Origin: Glycera tridactyla
Lineage: Eukaryota
Direction of reading: 5' to 3'
Assembly: GCA_965644265.1 (NCBI GenBank)
Contig: OZ286476.1
Location: 6,882,001 to 6,946,000, forward strand
Length of the DNA: 64,000 bases
The notes below the pieces were generated by a model, which was not told the origin of the DNA, made no database searches, and saw nothing but the letters and a program-made list of their open reading frames with translations. Below are positions 26,201-38,200 of the stretch, in pieces; position 1 is the stretch's first letter, and every line of letters begins with the position of its first letter. A program made the position numbers and the translations under genes.

Positions 26201-29200
26201 TACGCGGGGTACTGCTGATTGGGTACATAGAAATATCTAATGGATCCACTAAGGTAGGTAGTACATATTTGCATATGAATACCCTTTTTCCAAATCATTA
26301 TGAATCTACCATCTTCTTCTACATGAATACCACTTCCTGCTATATCCTGACACAACCATAAAAGATAATGACTCAGCAAGAACTTGAGCAGTTCTATGTG
26401 TTGATCTTGATCAATACCCTCCTCCAACACCCACAGCAACTCAAAATTAATAATTTCAACAATATACAAAACAAACTGCTTCGACAAGTAAATTGCGAAT
26501 TGAAAATGTAGGAGTAAAATGTGCGAGTGAAGGATGCAGTAAACTCTACAAGTCGCATTAAATCAAACCATCCAACACACAAAGAAAACACAAACTGGAT
26601 AAACTAGTAATCTCAAAAGTCAACAATCCAACTATAACACATGGTTATACACACCAACCCTGGTTATACACACCATCTCTCTACTGGTTATTAACTAGAA
26701 GAGGTTAATCTAGTACAAGGAAAAAGAATAAAAGATTGAAATGATTTGCCTTATCAAAAATGTTTACAGAAGAGCAAATATATATGACAATTAAACTCAA
26801 CTAAGCTAAATCTTAGCTTCTATAACAAGGTGATCTTCATCTCCGATATGAATCACTTTTACTGAAGGTGACCTTTGTTTCCCACCACTAGAGCTAGTTT
26901 TACTGAAGGTGATCTTTGTCTCCCGATACTAGTCAGTTTCACTCAAGGTGACCTTTGTTCCACAATACTAGAGCTAATCTTACTCAAGGTGACCTTTGTT
27001 CCACAATAATAGAGCTAGTTTCACTCAAGGTGACCTTTGTTTCCCAATACTAGTCATTTTACTCAAGGTGACCTTTGTTTCCCAATACTAGTCATTTTAC
27101 TTAAAGTGACCTTTGTTCCAAAATACTAGAGCCAGTTTAACTCAAAGTGCCCTTTGGCTTCCAGTATATTAGAGTTATTTTACTGAAGATGACCTTCAGC
27201 CTCAAATGCTCAGGCCTTTTCATTACCTTTCACTAATGATAACCTCCGAACATTTCACCCAAGGGGTTCATGGGCTAGTTCCCCGAGTCAATTTGATGTT
27301 GTGGGGTGCAATGAAAGAGTAATCATGGTAAATTTATCCCTGTATTGTGGAGGGGAACCAATAAACGGGACAGCTGAACAAAAGAGATGACGAAATAAAG
27401 AGATCCGATCCTTCATCCATAACCACTACCACAATATTGGTTAGCAATATACATCTATCTATCTATAGTGAAACACCTTCCCCAAACATTGATTATACGC
27501 TCCACACAAGTGACATTGTGAATGTCAATCATATTGAGTACAAAATTGAGTGAAAAATGAATGTTGTGTCTCAAGCAAAAGAAGACCTCAAACATTTGTA
27601 TATTTTGTTCAATGTTACCCTGCCTCTCATTGGAGTAATGATAATCAGATGTATATGACTGGTGTGTTATTTCCAGTGGAAGATAAGGTAGGATGATATC
27701 ACAGGCTTTACGCCACGGCTAGACATAGATGTGGAGAATTGTGTTGGAGGTCAACTGAGGTCAAGCCATGTATGGTTCATCAAATACAGAGCTCTGATTG
27801 GCCAGTTCTTCAGAAGGTAGTTCCAGTGAAATATTGGGGAGGATGATATTACTGGTTTCATAGCATGGCCATGTCAGTGTGGATTATCATGGCAGAGGTC
27901 AAATAAGGTCAAGCCGTGCGTAGTTCACCAGAGCTCTGATTGGCTAATTCATCACAAAGTACCGTAAATGACGTAATAATCGCCCATGCTTCAATAAACG
28001 CCCACTCCCCCAAATTTGAGATGATTCCTAGTCACGGGAAAGTTCCTTTTAATCGCCCAGTCTGCGGATTGCGAATATCGACAACGGTCATCAAAGAAGA
28101 AGACAGTTCCAACATGGAGAGATGCCAATCGACACCACTATCGATCAGTTTCATCAATTGCAATTAGCGACGAGCCCAGCGATAGAACAAAGAAAAACGT
28201 GTTGACAGTTGGTAGGGAAGCCAATTCGCGCCTTACCCCAGCTATTGTTACATCGTTCACGCTTCATACCCCGATGATTCATAGTGTATATCCATGATGA
28301 GGTGGTTCCCGCCAAACGCCGAATAAGCATGTATTTTGTGATATAAACGAAAGGCCGGCTTCTTTAATAGCATTCCGCGCCATTGTTGTGTGTAGTGACG
28401 AGGTCACGAGATGATGCTGATCATGTGACCTGGTCGGATTCAAAATGGCGGCGCACTCGAATCGTTATATCTTCCACGTGTTTTCATCACGTTTATGGCG
28501 AAAACGATCGTCAAACACTCTAGTAGTCATTTATCGCGCGATTTGTACCATTTATTGACTCGCGGCTGTTCTGTAGGCATTCGGAGAGCGATCGGGATCA
28601 GCGAAAAACATCATTTTCAGCATCAGTCTTCACCCGGTAAGGAGATATCCCTAATAATCGCCCACCCCCGTCTCCACTCTGCGATGATACTAATAAGCGC
28701 CCAGGGCGATTATTACGTCATTTACGGTAGTTCCATGTTCAAGAAGGAGAGGCCATGGAGAAAATAAAAGTTGCATCCCTGACCTGGGAGACCTGAAATA
28801 TCTCACTAGGGATTAACTTGTGTGATATCCTGGTGCCAATCCGAGCTTGTTATATATTTCACCTCCACATCGCTGTCATGCGTTCTTGTTATATTTTGCT
28901 GTCGCTAGTCTTACACACACATTGAGGCCACCAACCACACCTCAAATGACATCTGCGTAATGACCAGTAGGAAGCCATGCTCACAAGATACCACCATAAC
29001 ATTACTCTGTTGGGACTCTAGCTGCAATTTCCCTTGGCCTTCGACCTCAGGAAATCTTACACCAATCCCACCAAGTGGTGTGAGAGCTGTGTGTTTGGTG
29101 GCTTTATCAGATCTCCTGTGCTGACATGCAGAATACCTTCTCCCAAATATTAACCACCATGTTAGAATACCCTCAACATCCGATCCAACCATGAGAAAAA

Positions 29201-32200
29201 AAGTGGCCCCATGAAAAGAAAGTACCACATGAACCCACATCCTCCATTTTCCCATCATCTTCTCACCATAGCATACCTGATATCCATTTCTCTAATGATA
29301 AAAACCGCCATTTCCAGGTGCATTTTCCCTCATTGATGATAGAATTTAAACTAAAATCATGAATGACATCAAATTTCTATTTCATGTATCATGTCATAGG
29401 CGAAATAGTCAAATCTACATGACTAAGTATTCCAACATTTGGGATGAAAATAGAAGATTTTGTAATGTCCTAACTGTGTCCTTGACCTTTGCAGCGGGGT
29501 CGGGTATCTCTGTTCCCACCATTCCCATTATTGAGTGATTGATTAATTCGTCGAGAGAGAGAAGTAATGGGTGAGTTCTGAGAGATAGTATAAGGTCCCA
29601 CTCAATCTCTGGTGGATGTTGACAAATGCTGCTGACCTTCAAACAACTGTCGGTGGAATATGACCTTGGCACTCATCACATCTGTTTAGCATTGTACAAA
29701 TGCCAACCTTATATGAAAGAAGATAGAATTTATGCCATTTCTTTTTAGTACTGAGATATTTGTGATGAATATATAAAATCCCAAGTTTCTTCACAGTAAT
29801 TTCTGGCAAGGAACACTGAACCTTTCATTTTACTCAAAACAGAATATCAATAGCATCTCTGACATCTTCAGATGCAGGGCTCTATCTTGCTACCTACGGG
29901 TAGCAAATTTGCGCTCTGGCTACTATATCTCAAAAGTTGGTAGCCAATGGCCTCCGAAATTAGGAGATGTATTATTTGGCTGCAGACATTTGATAATGGC
30001 TACCAAAAATATCAAATTATGAGCCAGCTGGCTCCTTAACATTTTAGCCATTGTAGAGCCCCGAGATGAATTAATGTCCTTTAGCTATGTTGGATTGACA
30101 GTGAAACCTGCGACCACAGACCCCCTGACGAGAGACCACCTCCGACAGAAGACCACATTCCCAGGGTAGCTTCCTTATTTGACCAAGTCAAATATACCTC
30201 TGACGAGAGACCACCTCTTTTAGGGAACTGCTTTCTGGTGACATTCAGAGCGGCCTCTCGGTTTCACTGTACTCGTTCGCCTATTAACCAAAGACTAGAA
30301 CTCTTATCTAGGAGATTTGATGAGAAAAAAATCTCTCATTTTGGATAAATGGCCTAATATATATTCCCCATCCTTAGCATTCTGAAATCTGGTTAAGGCA
30401 TGAATTTTGAACTGCTAAAATTTTGGACCTGTGTCTCTAAAAATATGTAAAGTGTGATTCTTCATGAAGGAAAATGCACTGAAAACATTAGGCGTCAATC
30501 TGTGGTGGCACTATGTTTGGCATCGGTTGCCATGGTTACCACCCACCTGTACGAGTGTTGTACCCGGTATCGATGGGTCGGCTAGTCAGCAGAGTGATAC
30601 CACCCGAGTCCAAACTTCCGCCAAACGGCTTCTTACTGATCAGCGTTACGCCACCATCTCCACCTCCGCCGCCGCCGCCCTTACTCGAGAAAATAGACTT
30701 TAACCCACCAAAGCCCGTTGCTGCAGAAAAAAGGAGTCCATTGCCATAGAAACAAAAGGACGGTGTGTACGTGTGTGGTGCTAGTGCATACATGCAGAGT
30801 GTAGACGTCCATCAGGGGTGACTGATAACACATGCAAGTCGAGATACATGCATGCATCATTTATAATAGTCCTCGAATTTGGCTGCTTCACCAAATGCAG
30901 GGAGGATTGGTGTATCTTATTTTGGGAGAGTGAACTTATTCTGCACATATTTTCACAGCGATTCCCATGTTACAATGAACTAGGCCAGTAGGCCCCAAAA
31001 GGATGGGATGAAAGTGGAAGTGGGAGAAACGGGGAATTAAATCAAGCAATCACTAGGCATCAGTACACTCTTCTGTGTACTGGAATATTCTTTTAGATAA
31101 ATCAGTTGATTCCACTGGGCTTCAAACCCCGGAGCTCTCACACCTTTCATATACAACCTTTCTTTCAGCACACAGGCCTAGTTTGAGACTAGTAGTACTG
31201 TCACCTCGCTGATAGGTGACTATGCCCACATCTCGCAGTGGCAGAGTGGGTCAAATGGCCGCTGATCACTTTTTTTGGAGGAGGATTCTATTAAATATCT
31301 CCAAAGCATATTTAGTCAACCAGAGCTTTCATTGATTCCCTCCAGTTTGACTAAATAAATATTTCGAAAAATAAATTGGGATATGCAACATTTGAAATCT
31401 ATGTTTGGAGTGTATCTTCGGAACTGGAGAGCCTAACAACAAATCTGTGTTCAGAAAGCCTACTTCTTGGAGCAGGCTCTTCATTTTGGAAGGACCATTG
31501 TCAGTAAGAGTAAGTGCTCTGACTTTGAGAGAATTGTAAGCCTCCCTAATTATGGATGGGTGTTTGCGTCTCGGCAGATTCTGCAAGTATAAAATGTAGC
31601 CGCATGTATTTGAAGAGTTTGGAAAAGAGAAAAAAAAGCAAAGTCCTTCCTAACATCCAGGGTGAATGGCTCATGGGGTGTCAACAATTCAGCATTCATT
31701 GATGTCATGACCAATCATAGTAGGGGTCAAAGTTTCAGATATCGCTGCCGACAACAGCTGATATGTCAACACCTGAAGTCCACTACCCAGTTTACGACAA
31801 AGGATTGCACTTTTGGAGTAGCTGCATGCATGCAGTACGGCCGAGTCAAGAACAAAGAATAGTGCTGCACGAGACAATGAGGAATAGAAAGATAACAACA
31901 ACTACCGGTACATCATACGTGCAAGAAAACATGATAAATGCTTGTTTTCAGGTTCCCAAATTGCACTGCGAGGGCGCCACATGCACCTCTCTTTTTGACA
32001 GAATCGTTTCATAGGTGCACATACAGAAAAACATTATCTTTCTCAGAAACACTTGTGCAGTGACCTTGGGAGTTTCAAGGTCATACACATCAGCTGATCT
32101 TGAGGAAAGGACAGACATTGTATCTTTCAGATATCAGAAAGACCTCCCACAATTTTCTCAGAAAGCTACGGCTTGGTTTCAGATTGCCTTGTTGTCCATG

Positions 32201-35200
32201 TCAAGATGCAGATTCGGTGCCAGTCTCTCCGGCTACAAATTTCCTCCGCCTAAACCATGATATGTATCTCCAATTTTCAGAATTTCGAGTGATAGCATCA
32301 TGAACTGGGCAAACCAGATTTTTCTCCAAGCGTCCTGCCATCTTGTGGCTGGATGGAGTTTGACAGCATGCCATCTAGTGGCCATTTTGGGTGATCTGAA
32401 ACTATTCATAGCCACTGAGAGCTCCAAGATGTTAGTGAAACGAGTGACCAGTCTTAACTTTGTCGGTATGACCTTTGTGCGACCTTCCCCACCCTCTCAC
32501 ACCTACACAAATCTCATTCAAACATCTTAAAACACATCATGCACTAAACATGCAACAATCTACACAAACATCAACATGGGCATGCATTAATCAAACTCTG
32601 GTGTTAATTCTCTAACACTAACATAATTCCTGACAAGAAATGCAAACATTTAACAAAAGGACTGAAATGTAAACATCCCATAATCATGACCGGCGCCTGT
32701 ATTCATGTCTAAACTATGATCTGCAGTGAGAGTCACACAGGGATGTGATTGGCTCACAACCAAAAACCCTGGAAACCTGAGGCGCTTTTCACCAAGATTT
32801 CGTGGACCCAGAAACCCCAACAGCTGCTAACTAATGGCTACTATGACTGCATATAAACTATGTGCTCTATCTCAACTAATACTGGTCTGATGTTTATGAT
32901 CCCAAATCCAAAATAATCAGCAAAAGATGCTCTTTTCTGACATGTGTATGGATTGCAGAAATCCATGGATCTGAAGGAGGAGTGATTCCAATCAAGGTCG
33001 GATGGGGTCAAGCCCGGGGTAGTCCTTCAAACACTTTGCTCTGATTGGTCAATAGTCAGATAGTAGTTGGAGGGGGGGGGGGGGGGGGATGTGAATTAGG
33101 CCTCCCATCCAAAGCTGAATCTTACCAGGTGATAGGTTCATAGGATATGGAGAGCATAGAGGCCTGCCTTGCCTACCATAACTAAGGACAATTGTGGGGG
33201 GGGGGGGGGGGGGGGTATACTACAGTACTAACTTATATTAAGCCCTGATATAGATGATAAGATGTGCACAAAAGATCACCCCTGTACACAGGCCACTAAC
33301 CTACAAAGACCACCCCAAGATATGACTGCAATATTATCTATAATAGCTACTTACTCATGCAACTGAGGGTGGTCTTTGAAGGCACGTTAGAAATCACTGA
33401 GCAATGGAATTCGGATTTGATCTAAACCTTTTGAATTGATTCATTATAAGGCAAAACAAACTGAAGCCCAAGCCTCTGACTTTACAATGGACCACTCAGG
33501 CTGGCTTTTGTTGGCAGGTGATCTTTATAAAAGGGTGGTCTTTTGAGCAATTCTGACAGTACATAGGCATAAAGATAAAAGCCCTTGGGATGACCTCTAA
33601 ACATAATGCTAGGACAAACTTGTTCAAAATTTTACATTTCCAGTTTTTCTAGAAAGAAGAAATTTTAAGACGAGAAAATACTGGAATGGACATCCTAAAA
33701 CAATGATTAGTGTTTGCTTTCCTGACGTAGCTTATGAGTACGAGAGATCTTCATTTACAAATCATGCAGTAGCTGACTTGCGCAGGCTTACAAAGAGGCT
33801 CCAAGAATAAACCGGAATAATTTAGAATACCAAAAGGACAGGAAACCAAACAGAGGTTGAGGAAAGTCAGCAAATGTCTCTGTACGTGAGGTTAACGATT
33901 CACTGCAACACACACAAACATCCAGGCTGTGACTGGTCAATGAAGACAGACTGAACTCGGTGATTTTCATCATTGAAATATCGAGAAATTCAGATTGAAA
34001 AACAAATCCTTTGACCAGTCACATGTCTAGATTGTACAAGCTCACAATGTTGTCAATACACTTCAAACAAATGTGAAAACACAAAACAAACAAGAATCAC
34101 ACGATTATTACAGTCATAGGAGACCATAGATACATCCAGATTCCATTATGGTCTCTGGTTACGGGTTTCAGAAGCTAGAATATTTCACTTCCATTTTGAT
34201 AGTGTTTCTGGGATGTACAGCGACTTTCACAAGTCCCGATGATTCAGTACTTACATGATTCAGAACGAGGCTTCGATGATATGAGCATTACACCTCCGCT
34301 GTCGTCCGACACCGTGGTTGCGATGGAATCTGATATCTCTGCCGACATGCCAGTAAACATCGGCTTGCTCGGATCGTATGACGTCTGGGATATACTTGAC
34401 GTGTCTGAGACATCATCCCTGCAATCAGAAATTGTAACGTTAATCATGGTCCAAGAATAATCAATAAAACATCCTGATAGTGATATTCGTAACAGATTTT
34501 CCAAGCCTGCTGATCGTCACTAATTTTGTTGATATCGATGTTCTACTTTATTTGACTGAGTACATACATCTATAATGTATGATAAGATGTACAGTTCAAC
34601 TTGTCCTGAGCAATACATTCCTGTTCTTCACCCTGGAGTATTTCCCTCCATAATCAACCCATACTAAGCATGCTCTTACCCTAAGCAAACTGTTCCCTTG
34701 GCTTTAGGCTTTGGACAAATTCAAATGTATTGGAAATCTCGTATTCTCCACAGGGAGCAACATATATTGTAAATTACCTGATTTCCGCTGGGCCCTTCCA
34801 CCACTGGGAGGGTGAGCTAAATGCTACATACAGGTGTTATAGTGGTGATGCTCATTGCTTTTACCCTTTTATGACCCATATGTAGAGATTCACCCACCCT
34901 CGTATAGGTGGAAGTGCCCAGCAGAAATCCATCTTTCGGAGTAAAACTGTGTCTCCAATGAAACCTGACCAAACAAGACAATCAGGTCAAAATACTGGGA
35001 AATGTAAATTTGGCATCGATACTTATGGTGAGGCAATGACTGAAATACTGCCGTGGAAAAACTTGAATAATCTTACGAAGGTCATGGTTCAAGCTCCATC
35101 TAGATTGAGTTGAGATTTGAATGACTTTCAAGATTCAAAGTCATTATAGGTCATGGATAAAGGTTGATATATTACGACTGTGAAAATTCGTATATAAATA

Positions 35201-38200
35201 GACATTTAAAAATGTCAGGACAAAGGTCAATGGAAGGTCAAATTTGCAGTGATTACATGCAAGTGAGAAATGCAACATCCCAAACTTCATGCAGTGAAAA
35301 TGACATTGAAACTGAAAAGACCTGAAGTGTACTGCATCCAACAACCAAGTCTCGTATCCCTCAGACTGGGATTCAGAATCAAATGAACTAGATATGTGTA
35401 CATGATGTGGGTGGTGAAGGTTCAAGTTCAAGTTTGAATGTTATGTAACGCTCATCCAGCAGCTGACTTGACCTGACCTTGACAAATTCGCAGGTATACT
35501 CACTCCTCCATGTGATCACTAAAACCCTAAATATTCATTTAGTTAGACACCCCGCTGAAATACTGATCCGTGTATTGGAGGATTTCAAATCATGCATATG
35601 TGAGTGATCATGCACATGATGCAGCATGTTTTCATAGCAACAGATGCAAACTACAGGCCAATATAAATCATGCAAGATTATTCTCAAAGGGACTTCTCTT
35701 TACACTTCTGAGTCCCTGCTGTATGTAAAGCCTTGTCATAATGCACACAATGCAGTCTTTCACCAGTCTTGGTTTTCTGGCAGGATACGTTACTCCATGA
35801 CCTTTCAAGGTCAGATGAAGTATTCACAACTTTCTCATTACCCAGAACCACAGTTTGTCATGATACAGCATCCACTATGATTTCCTCAATCTGCGGGGGG
35901 GGGGGGGGGGGAGAAAGGAGAAAGAGGAGGTGGGTGGGAGAGGGGGTGAAGGGGAGGGGAGGAGGAGGAGGAGGAGGAGGAGGAGGAGGAGGAGGGGGTT
36001 AGGAGGAGGGGGAGCATGAAGAGGAGGTGGGAGATGGGGGCATGAGGAGGGAGAAGAGGAGGGGCAGGCGGAGGGGAGGGGAGGGGAAGGAATGAGGTGG
36101 GGAGGGAGGGAGAGGAGAAGGAGAAGGAGGTTGTGAAGAGAGAGGGAGGAGGAGGGCTACATTGCCACAGTCTGAAGGTATGGTAACCTGTCCTCGCATA
36201 ATATGAGAACATTGCTACAGAGCATCAGAGTACACATAAATCACCAATATCCAGCAAGGAAACCCGGGAATTGTTTAAACCCAAGCTGGGTATCCATGGC
36301 CTTCTACAATTTCTGCTCCGAGGATGGTCAGTAGCGCAGGGATTTCTGGATGGGGGAAATTGTATGGGGCTTTTGGGCACATTGATGCCGTTTCTATGTG
36401 CTGTTTTACATATTTCAGTGCCCCAATTCATGTAATCGTATCAAAGTACGCTAAATTGGATGTGACTTTCAGGCGCATCAATAGCAGACATCGTAGGGCT
36501 GATCCTTGATGAGAAATTGCATGTACTGCCATCTCCAATCATATGAGGCTGTATGTGCCATGGAGATTGAGTTCATGGTGAACTAATCAGGCAGCTGTGG
36601 TATTGATGAATGAGCCTAGGACTTTACAAGCCTTGTGCCAAACAAAGATTTCAGCATCAAGCACTGTAGACCTCACTTTGCCGGCTGGCCCTTGGGTGCC
36701 TAACATTTTTTACAAGATGGTGGATACTGTTCCTGATGCATGTACAAAACCATGATTTATTTTAGAAAGTCAGCATCATTATCAGAACCACGGGTTTGAA
36801 ATTGACTGGCGGTTTGAATTGCGACCAGACTCCATGAGGTCAGCGCAAAATTGTGGCAGAATTAAAGGACAATAGTAGTATTTTGTACTTCACAATTCAT
36901 GAAAGTATAGATTTTTTTTGGCCAGTATCTTAATATGGGTCTTTCCTTGCTCATGTAATAATGATTGGAAGGAACTGAATGGAATGAAAAAGTCACATGT
37001 GACACTAGAATATTGACCTGGGGTGAAAGCTTTGGTGGTATCTTGAATATACAAGCCACTTGAGACTATTCCATCAAGAAAATGGGTAGCAGAGTGGAAG
37101 AAATTTCAACTCAATACCTATGAATTTCGAAAAAATTGTCTACTCCTCCCCCACACCCAGAAATTCAAAATATAGCTGATAAGTTTCAATGCATTCCAAA
37201 CTGACCCTTAGATGCCTATCCCTTGTTTCTGGGTTTTTCAACACTGCCCTACCCCTGAATTTCAAATTGGCTTCCACTCCAACCCTTACCCAATTTTCAA
37301 TTGGAACTGCCCTTATCTATACTGATATTAGACAGTGTTTTTACCTAAGAGGAGCTGGCAATCTGAAAAGAAAAGCACATATGGAATGGGAGGTAAGACC
37401 GGATATCTGGCATCAACGACTACTAGGAGGCAAGAGAGGAAGAGTCATGCCGGTTCTCCATGGTACTGGGTAGATATATTGCGAAATCTGTCACGAACAA
37501 CCACCCTACTCGCATGTAAAAGTGGTCACTTGAAAGAGGTACTGGTCACTGCTTCACTCTATTGGAACTGACCACAAGACACTCATTGATCTCTCCTTGA
37601 ATAAACATTGATATACACTGATTCTTCGGCAAAATATATGTGAATGGTATGAAAGAGATGAATATAGAATCCACTTTAATGAGACCTTATTCTTGTGTGG
37701 AAATATCACAAATATTGACCAGAAACTTGATAATTCCGTCCATTTCAGCAGTGTCAGGCCAATAGCGTATAGCTATTCTATCCGTGATGAAAACGGTTTC
37801 TCGGGTGTTTCTTTGAGAAAGTTCAGACTGGCTTGCAGGTGCTATGGTAGTTCTTCAGTAAAGCGAGCAGTCAGTGTAGAGCAGTGATGAGTCATTGTTC
37901 ATTACAAGGTTATCATCGCCCTCAAGTCAGCGCTGATCAAGAGGCTGATTTTTCTCAAGTTGTCGCTCATTGCAGGTAATCACTATCATTTAGGCCGATT
38001 TCTGATTCGTTTGAAAAGGTGGTTGCTCATCAGGTCATTTGAGAAGTATAACATGTTTTGGCGAAAAAAAAACTAGTTATACAAAATAGATGGTCGCTTG
38101 TCAGGGGTTGTTGGTGACAGGTTTCACTGCACAACGGTGAGCATGGCTCCTACTGAGACGGGTGACCGGGTGACTGAGATTGAGCAGGCTCGTCTCACAA

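Noticed and set aside
35769-36212. Gly-, Pro- and Ser-rich ORFs in the ORF track
   Set aside because: They are translations of a low-complexity purine tract, not a protein.
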